Part shown: positions 38,738 through 48,228 of the stretch, one piece after another
How the letters are laid out: the number at the start of each line of letters is the position of its first letter
Numbering within the stretch: the first letter of the stretch is position 1
Source: Patescibacteria group bacterium
GTDB lineage: Bacteria > Patescibacteriota > Minisyncoccia > Phycocordibacterales > UBA918
DNA: 64,000 bases
Direction: 5' to 3'
Assembly (NCBI GenBank): GCA_019750255.1
Contig: JAIEOU010000009.1
Location: 5,497-69,496, forward strand
Notes under the pieces: model-generated
The model's input: the letters and a program-made list of their open reading frames with translations, nothing else
What the model was told of the DNA's origin: nothing
Database searches by the model: none
Program-made: the position numbers and the translations under genes

Positions 38738-40225
38738 TTATTTTTTAGTTGAAAGCTTGGCAAGGTCGAGGGTATCGTCAATACGAATCTGCGAAACAAA
38801 ATCAGGGACGTGTGACACCAAAATCATTGCGCCCTTATATTCATTCAGCGCTGCGGCAATCACCGGCAGGTGCCTAAAGTTTACGTGGTTTGTAGGTTCG
38901 TCGAGAATGAGGAGGCCCGGTTTTTCCATCGTAAGCTTACAAAACGCGAGGAGCGCCTTTTGTCCTTCCGAGAGATTCCCCACCTTAGTCTTCATTACGT
39001 TTCCAAACAAGAGGAAGCCGGCCGCGATTGAGCGCATTTCTTCTTCAAGCTTCTTTTGCATCGAGGCCATCAGGGTTTCAAATACAGTCTTATCAAAATC
39101 AAGGTTCGAAAAGTCCTGGCGATAGTAGCCAATCTTTACCCCGGGTGTTACATGCTCACCCTTAGCATGTCCTGAGGCCAGCTTTTCTAAGAGAGTTGTC
39201 TTTCCAATACCGTTTGGTCCGACAATCTGGAGATGCATCGCACGCTTGAGAACTAACTGCACTTCCGCTTCTTTGGCTTCGTGGTTTTTGATGACGGTCA
39301 CTGAAGTTAGCTTCACTACCTCAAGCGGAATATCCTGGTGTGGTTCAATAGTGAATGGTCGGATAGTTTTATCTTCTCGTCGCACATCCACTTTATTCTC
39401 TTCGGCTTCTTCAATCTCATCACGCATGCGCTTGGCTACCAGACGCATCTTGCCTCCTTTGTTCGAGAAGTAGTTAACCTTATCCTTATTTGCCTGAATT
39501 TCTTTCTCAAGCTGGGCATTTTGGCGCTGCTCTTTCTCTACCTGCGCGGCGATGTCGCGAACCACCGTATGGTAGTTCCCGTTGTACTGCTCGACCTGGC
39601 GACGCTGAGTGTTGAGGTATAAAACGCCGTGAGTAAAGGCATTAAGGAAGTCAGCATCGTGCGAAATAACGAGAACGGTTTTTTTGTACTCTTTTAGAAA
39701 AGTAGTGAGGTGTTCAATACCACCTACATCGAGGTTGTTAGTTGGCTCGTCTAGCAGCAAAATGTCGGGGTCTTGAATGAGGGCCTGCGCAAGGAGGAGG
39801 CGCGCTTGCTGTCCACCAGAAAAACTGCCGATGATGCGCTCTTTAAACGTCTCGCGCTGCTTTTCGGTCGGGGTCAGGTTCACCACCTCAAGTACCGCTT
39901 CAATCCGCGGGTCAATGTCATAAACTTTTTCAGAGAAGCACTTGAGGAAGAATTCCCGGACAGTGAGGGTCATCTCTTCCCGCGGAATAATCTGGCGCGC
40001 GGTCGCGATGGTGGTGCGCGGCTCGAGGTTAACCATGCCGGATTCGGGTTTGAGAGTGCCCGTGATAAGACCAAAGATAGTACTCTTCCCCGCGCCATTT
40101 TGCCCCATGAGGGTGAGTTTCGCACCCCGGCGCACCACAAAATCGGCCTCTTTAAGAATAGGCCGCGTGGTGTCGTATTCAAACGACACCCCTTTAAATA
40201 CAATGATACCGTCGCCGCGTGACAT
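38738..40225 (-). CDS. ABC-F family ATPase (two tandem ABC domains, no TMD)
   Basis: Two Walker A motifs (GQNGAGKST; GPNGIGKTT), two LSGGQ-like signatures and a charged inter-domain linker. Confidence 0.85.
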   Translation of the reverse strand: MSRGDGIIVFKGVSFEYDTTRPILKEADFVVRRGAKLTLMGQNGAGKSTIFGLITGTLKPESGMVNLEPRTTIATARQIIPREEMTLTVREFFLKCFSEKVYDIDPRIEAVLEVVNLTPTEKQRETFKERIIGSFSGGQQARLLLAQALIQDPDILLLDEPTNNLDVGGIEHLTTFLKEYKKTVLVISHDADFLNAFTHGVLYLNTQRRQVEQYNGNYHTVVRDIAAQVEKEQRQNAQLEKEIQANKDKVNYFSNKGGKMRLVAKRMRDEIEEAEENKVDVRREDKTIRPFTIEPHQDIPLEVVKLTSVTVIKNHEAKEAEVQLVLKRAMHLQIVGPNGIGKTTLLEKLASGHAKGEHVTPGVKIGYYRQDFSNLDFDKTVFETLMASMQKKLEEEMRSIAAGFLLFGNVMKTKVGNLSEGQKALLAFCKLTMEKPGLLILDEPTNHVNFRHLPVIAAALNEYKGAMILVSHVPDFVSQIRIDDTLDLAKLSTKK

Positions 40226-40308
40226 AGCTTTAGAGCACTACCTTACACTATTCTAAGCTTATTTTCCATAAGGTAGAGACGTGCTCATGGCTCTTTACAT
40301 TCCACACT

Positions 40309-40653
40309 CTACGGACGGTTATCAGCTTCGGGTTTTTCCGGTCCCCACTGCCAGTGCGGTGACTCTCCCTTCACGTAACAGGTAAGCAGCAACAGGAGTG
40401 TGAGGATGGCAAACGGTAGTGCAATGGCACGTGGCGCCGCTTCGTTTGGCACCACGGTGTACTCTACCCACAAAGCCATAACTAACACCGCCACCAGATA
40501 GCCACCAAGTACCGCCCACCCTTGCCACCTGGCTGGCGTCCAGCCCCACCCGTATAGTTTCCGCTTAAACCAATAGCCCTCTGGGTTATCTTTAAGATAG
40601 GCTCGGTAGGATGAAAATATACTCATGTACCTATTGTACGCCCCTACCCGCAC
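40309..40653 (-). CDS. small Trp-rich membrane protein, hypothetical
   Basis: YWFKRKLYGWGWTPARWQGW followed by a TM helix. Confidence 0.4.
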   Translation of the reverse strand: MRVGAYNRYMSIFSSYRAYLKDNPEGYWFKRKLYGWGWTPARWQGWAVLGGYLVAVLVMALWVEYTVVPNEAAPRAIALPFAILTLLLLLTCYVKGESPHWQWGPEKPEADNRP

Positions 40654-40659
40654 CCCGCA

Positions 40660-40694
40660 ACAAAAAGACGACCGTGGTGGTCGCCTTTTATTTA
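40660..40694 (-). terminator. intrinsic terminator after the Gmad2 gene
   Basis: On the minus strand: GGCGACCaccacGGTCGTCTTTTTGTTG. Confidence 0.6.
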
Positions 40695-40981
40695 GGTGAT
40701 TTTTCGATTCAGACTAGCAATTCTCCTTTCGCAGGTCGCTGCCACTCGTTTTTTCGCTATGATGCTCAAAACGAGTGAAGCGACTGCATAAGGGAAATTT
40801 AGTCGGGCTAGAGCCCTCCTAATTTACCCTTATCTTTTTTTGGTTTCTTCTTCTCTTTCCGCATATCGGTGCCTTTGGCCATATAATGATGTTAGTTAAT
40901 TAACGTCTGATCTTAAAATTAATTGCGCATGGTGAGTTACTTATACTTTTCGGATACTCTCAGTATAGAACGGACAATGAC

Positions 40982-41566
40982 TTATGGTGCAAACTGGACG
41001 GGGATTTCTAGGGCGTCATCGTGCTCAGGCAAACCAGAGGGATTATCTTTTTTAAGAATAAGAGTCCCTCGCTTCATGAACTCGGGATCACCTTCCTTAT
41101 ACGGATTCACAAAATCAAGCTCGGCTACAAAAGGTACAAAGTCCTCAGTCATCCAATCTCCCTGCGCGGCTGCGACAGTTTGTGAAATAATGAGACCGTC
41201 CCAGTTGGTGAGAAAAATTGGAAAGGACGCTTCAAAGTACCACGGTCCGCGAGCTTGACCACTGATGGTAAACGGATTAATCACTACCGCCAGAGGAGCG
41301 GGTCCAGTCAGCTTAATTTTGTCGCTCTTTGCGTCAATCTGCGCCGCGATGTCGCCTGGTACTTCTGGTGCAGGTGGGCACGCAAACTCGCAGTTTGGTC
41401 CCGACCGCCCAACCATGCTTCCATCAGCACACACCATCGCGTCCATCGTACACGCTATTATTTCTTCCTCCTTTGGGGACAGAAAGGTACTAGCAATTCC
41501 AGCAATAAGGGCCAGCGCAATTAGTCCGAACAGTGCGTATTTCATACATGCCATTGTACCAAACAT
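40982..41566 (-). CDS. secreted Gmad2 immunoglobulin-like domain protein
   Basis: Signal/TM, then ISGQARGPWYFEASFPIFLTNWDGLII, typical of Gmad2. Confidence 0.6.
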   Translation of the reverse strand: MFGTMACMKYALFGLIALALIAGIASTFLSPKEEEIIACTMDAMVCADGSMVGRSGPNCEFACPPAPEVPGDIAAQIDAKSDKIKLTGPAPLAVVINPFTISGQARGPWYFEASFPIFLTNWDGLIISQTVAAAQGDWMTEDFVPFVAELDFVNPYKEGDPEFMKRGTLILKKDNPSGLPEHDDALEIPVQFAP

Positions 41567-41572
41567 CTCTCG

Positions 41573-42622
41573 CTACCCTAAGTCGCGTACTTTTTTAAGT
41601 GCCACTACGTACATGCTAACCGCCCACCCGAGAGGCGTATGATCATTCCATTTGTCCGTATGAGAATAATAAAGCTCGGGCACCATCCCGTCGGGGGTAA
41701 CCGTTGCTTTGGCCCGCCTCAGGTAGTAAAAGGCTTTATCCTTTTCACCGCGCTCAGCGTAAATTATGGCTAGCCATGAGAGACCAAAACACCACTCGGC
41801 CTCTTCGCTCCAGCCATCACGATTGTTATTGAAGTAACGGTCGCACTTATAACGGAGAACACCCTTATCCCGGACAAGGTGGTACTCAACGTTGCGGAGA
41901 ATTTCTTTGGTTTGTTCTTCGGTCGTAATCTGGAAGGGGTAGATGAGTGACATGAGGGCCAAGTCACAAAACTTGCTCTCCGATTCGCGCGGAAGCAATG
42001 CAGTGAGCGCGCGCTCACCTTCAACCAGCGCGTAATCTGGAACGGTCAGCCACGGAATCTCAGCCGCTTTTTTAAGCGCAGCGAGTACTGAGCCAATCGA
42101 AGAAGCATGCACTTCCATCGCCTCTTCCCAAATACCATTGTCAGGATCTTGCCAATACTCTAGACGTACCAGGTAGTCAATAATGGTCTGCACCATCGCG
42201 CGCTCATCATCAGTTTCAACGACACTCCAGCCCATCTGTTCGAGAGTAACAAGCAGGTTAAGCACCTCCCCGACAGCATCATTCTGACTATTACCCCACT
42301 CCTCCCAATACTCCTCAAACGTCTCTGGGTGAAACCTAGCGTGGATGTATTGCCAGGCCGCATGAGGCTTATGCTCGACTGCCCAATTGATTTTGTCCTG
42401 GTGTTTTACAAAGACCGTAAGGAGAGCCTTGGCTGCTGAGCGGGTTACCTCTTTATCGCCCGTCTCAAGGAAGGCCAGGGTGGTGAAATAGATATCACGG
42501 AGCCACGCTTTTCCGTACCACGTCTCCATTGGAGCGGCGGTAAAGACACCATTGGGGCGACGGAGGGTAAGAATGACGGAGAGGTGGTGTTTTATTTCGG
42601 CATCAAAATCAAATGAGGACAT
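41573..42622 (-). CDS. glycoside hydrolase family 15-like (alpha/alpha)6-barrel protein
   Basis: YGKAWLRDIYFT (W.RD motif), YWEEWG and abundant aromatic residues. Only 349 aa. Confidence 0.4.
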   Translation of the reverse strand: MSSFDFDAEIKHHLSVILTLRRPNGVFTAAPMETWYGKAWLRDIYFTTLAFLETGDKEVTRSAAKALLTVFVKHQDKINWAVEHKPHAAWQYIHARFHPETFEEYWEEWGNSQNDAVGEVLNLLVTLEQMGWSVVETDDERAMVQTIIDYLVRLEYWQDPDNGIWEEAMEVHASSIGSVLAALKKAAEIPWLTVPDYALVEGERALTALLPRESESKFCDLALMSLIYPFQITTEEQTKEILRNVEYHLVRDKGVLRYKCDRYFNNNRDGWSEEAEWCFGLSWLAIIYAERGEKDKAFYYLRRAKATVTPDGMVPELYYSHTDKWNDHTPLGWAVSMYVVALKKVRDLG

Positions 42623-42661
42623 GGGTGAAAGAACAAAGGAACAAATTGATAAGTGGGCAGT

Positions 42662-43021
42662 CTAGGCAGCGACTCTACTTTGCTCGACACTATTGTCGTT
42701 CGCAATTAGGTCAGGGATGGGTACATTTTTGAGGCGACTTACAAGACTCTTATACGTTTTTTGGGCGTCAGCCATGGCCTCATACATCTTACGGGTACAG
42801 GCCACTTCTTCGATTCTATCTAAGTCAGACATTTCGAGCACACCGCCATTATTGTTGGCCTTTTTCTCGTATGACTTAAGGACGGTAGCAGTTGCCTCGA
42901 GCACTTGAGTGACGGTGGCTTCTTTCATCGAAAGACCGAGCTCCGCTTCTATGAGTTCAACACCAGACTTCTGCACTAACTGCTCTTGAGCTCTCCCGTT
43001 TTCAAAATTCATGCGCGACAC
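42662..43021 (-). CDS. hypothetical protein
   Basis: 119-aa helical ORF; no motif recognised. Confidence 0.35.
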   Translation of the reverse strand: MSRMNFENGRAQEQLVQKSGVELIEAELGLSMKEATVTQVLEATATVLKSYEKKANNNGGVLEMSDLDRIEEVACTRKMYEAMADAQKTYKSLVSRLKNVPIPDLIANDNSVEQSRVAA

Positions 43022-43115
43022 ATAACTAGGATAATGGTGTCATTTTAGCATGGCCAGTATTCATCCACGAAATACGTCCTGCCCGAAGAAGGCCTATCTC
43101 TGGTACTATGACTAT

Positions 43116-43466
43116 ATGAAAACATATACTGGCAGTTGTCACTGCGGAGCGGTGGCCTATACGGTAGAAGGTGAGTTTACGGAAGGCATGCGCTGCAACT
43201 GTTCCCACTGTAGGCGAAAGGGGTTTTTGCTCGCATTTGCTCCTGACTCAGCCTTCACCCTTTTGCGCGGAGCTGACGCACAGACGATCTACCACTTCAA
43301 CAAACATCACATCGATCACACCTTTTGCAAAACCTGCGGCGTCCAGTCATATGGGCACGGCCAAGACGGCAAGGGTAACTACATGACCATGATTAACCTA
43401 AACTGCCTCGAAGACTTTGACCTCTCTACCGTCAAAGTCAATGAGTTCGACGGCGCGAGTTTGTAA
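43116..43466 (+). CDS. GFA-family (CENP-V/glutathione-dependent formaldehyde-activating enzyme-like) zinc protein
   Basis: GSCHCGAV...CNCSHC...C..CG Cys pattern; start trimmed to MKTYTGS. Confidence 0.7.
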   Translation: MKTYTGSCHCGAVAYTVEGEFTEGMRCNCSHCRRKGFLLAFAPDSAFTLLRGADAQTIYHFNKHHIDHTFCKTCGVQSYGHGQDGKGNYMTMINLNCLEDFDLSTVKVNEFDGASL

Positions 43467-43498
43467 GCTTTTTGATACATACACCAGGGGTTCAACTG

Positions 43499-43625
43499 TA
43501 AAGAAAAAGCTAAATCGAGATGAGTCACGCGAAGCACAAGAAAAAAGACCCGACTGGGACAAATGTCCAGGGAGGGTCTTTTTTCGTAGTGCGACAAAGT
43601 GAATCGCTCGATTTAGCTTTTTCTT
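43499..43625. repeat. 127-nt nested palindrome/terminator overlapping the rpsG 3' end
   Basis: Outer arms aaagaaaaagctaaatcgag ... ctcgatttagctttttctt, enclosing the hairpin aaaaaAGACCC...GGGTCTttttt. Confidence 0.6.
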
Positions 43626-44097
43626 ACCAGGCGAAGTGAGCAAAGGCACGGTTAGCCTCAGCCATCTTGTGCGTATCCTCTCGCTTCTTCACAGCGTTTC
43701 CTTCTTCCTTCGCTGCGAGGATGAGCTCTTGCGCGAGGGCCTTATGCATTGGCACTCCCTTTTGATTTCGGGCTGAACCGATAATCCAACGGAGGGCAAG
43801 GGCGGTGCGGCGCTCTGGGCGCACCTCACGCGGTACCTGGTAGTTTGCTCCACCAACGCGACGTGAACGAACTTCCATGAGTGGACCGGCGTTTCGCATC
43901 GCTGTGTTGAACACTTCAAGTGGCTCGACAGCCTCCTTGTTCGCCTTCTTAATTTCTTCAAAGGCGCCGTATACAATCTTGCGTGCGGTTTCCTTCTGAC
44001 CACGGAGCATGATGTAGTTGATCAAACGTTCTACTTCCACCGATGAGTGCACAACGTCTGGCTGCACAACTGGGCGCTTCTTAATTGGTCGTCGCAT
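43624..44097 (-). CDS. rpsG: 30S ribosomal protein S7
   Basis: [14 protein letters not shown]...[13 protein letters not shown]. Start trimmed to the internal ATG at 44097. Confidence 0.9.
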   Translation of the reverse strand: MRRPIKKRPVVQPDVVHSSVEVERLINYIMLRGQKETARKIVYGAFEEIKKANKEAVEPLEVFNTAMRNAGPLMEVRSRRVGGANYQVPREVRPERRTALALRWIIGSARNQKGVPMHKALAQELILAAKEEGNAVKKREDTHKMAEANRAFAHFAW

Positions 44098-44365
44098 AAT
44101 AATTTTGTTTAACTGTGTAATTAAATACGTACGCGACTCTCTATTGTTTCGACAAACTAGAATGGGCTCAAAGGAGCCGTGCGCTTGGGCGCTCATTCTT
44201 CGCATAATGCCCTAGGGATGTACCCTGGCACTCATGATCTGTAGCGAATATAGACTATTTTGATATCGCGTGTCCGCAAGCACTCACTAGCCCATGTGGC
44301 CACTGAACACTTCAGGAAACACAATTGTGTTTCTGGTAGCCCGCCCTGCCGGGTGGCGACACTTC

Positions 44366-44800
44366 CTATTTCTTTTTAGCTGCGGTAGCTCCAGCCTTTG
44401 GCTTCTTAGCGCCGTAGCGTGAGCGGCCCATGCGGCGTTCTGCAACACCAGTCGCGTCGTACTTTCCACGAACGATTGTGTACTGAACACCAATGTCCTT
44501 TACGCGACCACCGCGAACAAGTACCACTGAGTGCTCCTGGAGGTTGTGTTTAATACCTGGAATGTATGCAGTAATTTCCTGACCATTTGAAAGGCGCACA
44601 CGAGCAATCTTACGGATAGCTGAGTTTGGCTTACGTGGAGTCTTCGTAGTAACACGCGTACACACACCACGCTTAAAGGGTGAATTGTACTTGTTTGGGT
44701 GGTTTTCAATTTTGTTGAAACCAGTATGGAGCGCTCCCGTCTTACTCTTACGAATAGGGTCGCGGCGCTTGTTCTTTGTGAGCTGTTGAATGGTGGCCAT
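44366..44800 (-). CDS. rpsL: 30S ribosomal protein S12
   Basis: [28 protein letters not shown]...[10 protein letters not shown]. Confidence 0.95.
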   Translation of the reverse strand: MATIQQLTKNKRRDPIRKSKTGALHTGFNKIENHPNKYNSPFKRGVCTRVTTKTPRKPNSAIRKIARVRLSNGQEITAYIPGIKHNLQEHSVVLVRGGRVKDIGVQYTIVRGKYDATGVAERRMGRSRYGAKKPKAGATAAKKK

Positions 44801-44874
44801 AAATGTAGCCCGCGTAGCATACTACAGGCTTATTTTTTTGCAAGCCCGACCGGCTAATGCCTCCCCCGTTTCAC

Positions 44875-45510
44875 CTACGCAAAGGCCAGGAAGTACGCCA
44901 TAAGCTGGGTCAGGTAAGCCAGTGGCTCGCCCAAAAACATGACAAACACCAAAATAACGACACCGAATGAGAGCATGACGTTGTGCTCCATCACGCGACG
45001 AAGACTCTCATACCGCACGGATAAAGCATATGGCAAAAGGCGCGGGAGGATTTTTGACCCATCAAGTGGCGGAATCGGTATCATGTTAAAGAGTGCCAAA
45101 AAGATGTTTAGGGCAATGATGCCAATAGCCAACTCTACGAAACTGGCCGATAAACCAAGTACGTCCGCACTTCGAATCAGACCAGCAAAAATAAGTGCTA
45201 TCACTATATTAGAGAGTGGCCCAGCCACCGCCACAATGGCCTCGCCCCAGCGCTGATTGCGGAAGTTGTACGGGTTATAGGGTACGGGCTTGGCAGCTCC
45301 AAACAGGATGGGCGATCCGCTCAAAATGAGGAGGCCGGGAATAATGACCGACATGAGAGGGTCAAGGTGTACGAGGGGATTAGGGGAAAGGCGACCGGCG
45401 AGCCTAGCTGTTGGGTCACCAAGCCAGTTGGCAGCATGACCATGCGCCATTTCGTGAATAACTACGGAAAGGATAAGGGCAATGATGAGAGCAATCTGTT
45501 GTGGTTCCAT
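44875..45510 (-). CDS. M50 (site-2 protease) family membrane metalloprotease
   Basis: HEMAHG (HExxH) in a TM helix; start trimmed to MEPQQIA. Confidence 0.75.
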   Translation of the reverse strand: MEPQQIALIIALILSVVIHEMAHGHAANWLGDPTARLAGRLSPNPLVHLDPLMSVIIPGLLILSGSPILFGAAKPVPYNPYNFRNQRWGEAIVAVAGPLSNIVIALIFAGLIRSADVLGLSASFVELAIGIIALNIFLALFNMIPIPPLDGSKILPRLLPYALSVRYESLRRVMEHNVMLSFGVVILVFVMFLGEPLAYLTQLMAYFLAFA

Positions 45511-45587
45511 AGTGCTTTGTATACTACGTAAGCTCTCTTGCAATATCAAGCGCGCGTGGTAGTATAGCCCCACTAAAACAATCCTTT

Positions 45588-45830
45588 ATGGCAAAGCAAT
45601 GCGACATCACCGGAAAGAAGACACAAATCGGCGGCGGCTATAGTAACCGTACTCGTGCTACCCAATTTAACCCTGTAGGCAAAGTACGTCGCTCACCGAA
45701 CCTCCAGAAGAAGCGAATCTACGTACCAGAGCTCGGCAAGACCGTTACTGTAAAGGTATCGACGAAGGGTCTCCGCACGGTTGCGAAGAACGGCGCCTAC
45801 CAGACACTGAAGAAGGCGAAACTTATCTAG
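45588..45830 (+). CDS. rpmB: 50S ribosomal protein L28
   Basis: MAKQCDITGKKTQIGGGYSNRTRATQ is the L28 N-terminus; 80 aa. Confidence 0.8.
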   Translation: MAKQCDITGKKTQIGGGYSNRTRATQFNPVGKVRRSPNLQKKRIYVPELGKTVTVKVSTKGLRTVAKNGAYQTLKKAKLI

Positions 45831-45835
45831 AAACA

Positions 45836-45880
45836 AGAAAAACAGCGGCCGGTCCCTAGGGACCGGCCGCTGTTTTTTAT
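45836..45880. terminator. bidirectional intrinsic terminator
   Basis: aaaaACAGCGGCCGGTCCCtagGGACCGGCCGCTGTtttttt. Confidence 0.85.
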
Positions 45881-45918
45881 ACTTCATTCTGATCAGCTGC
45901 TTTGGTGCGTAAAATATT

Positions 45919-46506
45919 CTAGCTACCTGATGGCGCTGCTTGGGCAGTCCCGCTACCCACACCTTGTGCAGTTATTCCTAAACTCTGTTCACTTATGAGC
46001 TTCGGTGAAGAGTTACGGGCAGCCAATAAATCTCTTACCTGAGTCGCGAGATCAATGACGTGTTTCTTTAACTCATCATCATTACTGGTCGACACACCCA
46101 GCACGCTCGTTTTCACTGCTCGAGTGCTCGAGGCCTTTTCTTTCAATTTTTCTCGCTTATCAATGCTACCCCGAGTAGAACTTGCTGTACCCTCTGCCGC
46201 TTTCAGACGCTGTAAAAGTCCCTCGTAGCGTTCAACATGTTTCTTGAGCTCGGCTATCCGCCGCTCTACCTGTTTGATCTTCATGGCGACGGCGCGCTTA
46301 TCGCGCATATTTGTCCCTTTTTCAACAAAGGCTTTGAGTTCTTTTTCAAGCTTTTCAGGAGCCACCGTCACGCTACTTGATGGTGTCGTAGTAGTAGCCT
46401 CCTCTGCATGCGCGAATGGTGCATACAAGGCCAGCACGAGTGCCGCGAATACTCCAGCAAAAAGTAATGACGGAAGTGTGACGGCCATGGTTCTAGCGTT
46501 GTTCAT
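45919..46506 (-). CDS. secreted coiled-coil protein, hypothetical
   Basis: Signal peptide, then a Lys/Glu-rich heptad region and a Ser/Thr tail. Confidence 0.5.
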   Translation of the reverse strand: MNNARTMAVTLPSLLFAGVFAALVLALYAPFAHAEEATTTTPSSSVTVAPEKLEKELKAFVEKGTNMRDKRAVAMKIKQVERRIAELKKHVERYEGLLQRLKAAEGTASSTRGSIDKREKLKEKASSTRAVKTSVLGVSTSNDDELKKHVIDLATQVRDLLAARNSSPKLISEQSLGITAQGVGSGTAQAAPSGS

Positions 46507-46624
46507 AGTAAAATTTATGTTGGTTATTAACGCAACAAAAATGACCCGTGTTGCTCGGGCCCTCCATGACTATGAATATACTCGTTTACAGACCAACACA
46601 AAAGCGCGCTCTGGGGATAAGCAC

Positions 46625-47512
46625 CTACGGTATCAACTGCACCGTCTTCCCATCACTTCGAAATACAAGTGTCCCCCTTTCGGCAGTGCTCACGAGGGAC
46701 GCACTCACCGCCTCAACTCGCTCTACCACCTCGCTGTGCGGATGACCGTAGTCGTTATCCTTTCCGGCGGACACGACCGCGTACCGAGGCGCTACCGTTT
46801 TCATAAAGATCTCACTCGATGAAGTGCGTGAACCATGATGTCCGAGTTTAAGCACATCACTCTCAAGAGTCGCACCATACCGCTCTACTAAATAGTGTTC
46901 CGTTCCCTCTCCAGCATCCCCCGTTAAAAGGAATTCGGTCTGGCCATACCGCAACAAAGCCACTATCGACGCCGCGTTACTCTCCCACTCTTTTGGGTTG
47001 GCTGCGGGAGAAAGAATGGTGAGCGTGGTCGATGCCCCTAACTGCCACACCTGCCCCGCCCGCGCGTACGTTACCTGTGCCCCTTCTGTTTCTACCGCCC
47101 GATTAAACGCTTCGGAGGGTGCGGTATCGTTTATATTTTCGGTACGAATAACCTGGGCGACCCGGTAGCGCGCAAGCACATCGACCAACCCCGCCACATG
47201 ATCCTTGTCGGGATGGGTCCCCACCACCACATCAATCGCTCGGTCGCCGATGCTCATTACGTCGCCAAGCGATCGCAAGACAGTTGCGTCCGGCCCACCA
47301 TCAATGAGCACCTGGATACCCTCAGGGGTCTCTATAAAAATCCCATCACCCTGCCCCACAGCTAAAAAGGCGACCGTTAACTCCCCTTCGGCGCCCGCAG
47401 ACCGCGCCACTCCTTGTGTAAACGGAAGCAGTGGCAACCACAGCAAAACCGTCACCGCCGCCACAATAGCCAGCCCAATCTTTCGCCTCCGCATAAACTG
47501 ATCTTCCATCAT
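46625..47512 (-). CDS. ComEC C-terminal metallo-beta-lactamase module, encoded as a separate ORF
   Basis: N-terminal TM helix, then VLIDGGPDATVLRSL...VVGTHPDKDHVAGL, the MBL H.H.DH motif of ComEC/Rec2 domain 3. Confidence 0.75.
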   Translation of the reverse strand: MMEDQFMRRRKIGLAIVAAVTVLLWLPLLPFTQGVARSAGAEGELTVAFLAVGQGDGIFIETPEGIQVLIDGGPDATVLRSLGDVMSIGDRAIDVVVGTHPDKDHVAGLVDVLARYRVAQVIRTENINDTAPSEAFNRAVETEGAQVTYARAGQVWQLGASTTLTILSPAANPKEWESNAASIVALLRYGQTEFLLTGDAGEGTEHYLVERYGATLESDVLKLGHHGSRTSSSEIFMKTVAPRYAVVSAGKDNDYGHPHSEVVERVEAVSASLVSTAERGTLVFRSDGKTVQLIP

Positions 47513-47586
47513 TACATTCTAATACACGACAAAGCGGTAGCGTGATAGGATACGTAAACATTTAGCCACGTAAATACGAGACACTT

Positions 47587-48165
47587 ATGAAATACGAACC
47601 TTTAAATTTTGAAATTGGTGAGCTTGACGGTATCTCGAGCGAGACTGTTGCTGAACACCTTGGTCTCTACCAAGGCTACGTAAAGCACGTAAACCTCATT
47701 AGCGACAAAATCTCTGCCTTTGAGATGGACCTTGAAAACAACGCCTACCCCATTGCCGAAATGCAGCGTCGCTTGGGGTTTGAGTTTGGGGGAATGCGTA
47801 ACCACGAGTACTACTTCTCGCAGCTCGAGGGCGGCCCCAAAGAGCTCCCTGATGGCACCCTCAAAGAAAAACTGATGGCCGAGTGGGGAACGATTGAAGG
47901 GTTTATAGAAAAGTTTACCCGCCTCGCCCTCACGCGCGGCGTCGGCTGGGCCATGCTCTACCACGATCCGCACACCGACCAACTGGTAGCAGCCTGGGTG
48001 GACGAGCAACACCTTGGACAACTGGCCGACCTCGATATTGTCCTTGCGCTCGATATGTGGGAACACTCGTACATGCTTGATTACCCGCCAAGCAAAAAGA
48101 AGGAGTACGTCGCCGCCTTCTTTGCGAACTTAAACTGGGAGGTAGTGGCCGGACGGTTGGTGTAA
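47587..48165 (+). CDS. sodA: Fe/Mn superoxide dismutase
   Basis: DMWEHSYM and the Fe/Mn-SOD fold; 192 aa. Confidence 0.85.
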   Translation: MKYEPLNFEIGELDGISSETVAEHLGLYQGYVKHVNLISDKISAFEMDLENNAYPIAEMQRRLGFEFGGMRNHEYYFSQLEGGPKELPDGTLKEKLMAEWGTIEGFIEKFTRLALTRGVGWAMLYHDPHTDQLVAAWVDEQHLGQLADLDIVLALDMWEHSYMLDYPPSKKKEYVAAFFANLNWEVVAGRLV

Positions 48166-48180
48166 CATTTTGACTGATGT

Positions 48181-48228
48181 AAAAGCAGCCGTGTAACTCA
48201 CCTTACACGGCTGCTTTTCTTTTTTCTA
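48181..48228. terminator. bidirectional intrinsic terminator
   Basis: aaaAGCAGCCGTGTAActcaccTTACACGGCTGCTtttcttttttc. Confidence 0.8.

Noticed and set aside
44801-44874. Candidate sigma-70-like promoter for rpsL (TTGCAA-16nt-TATGCT on the minus strand)
   Set aside because: The spacing and -10 are only approximate, and promoter consensus for this lineage is not established. Mentioned only.
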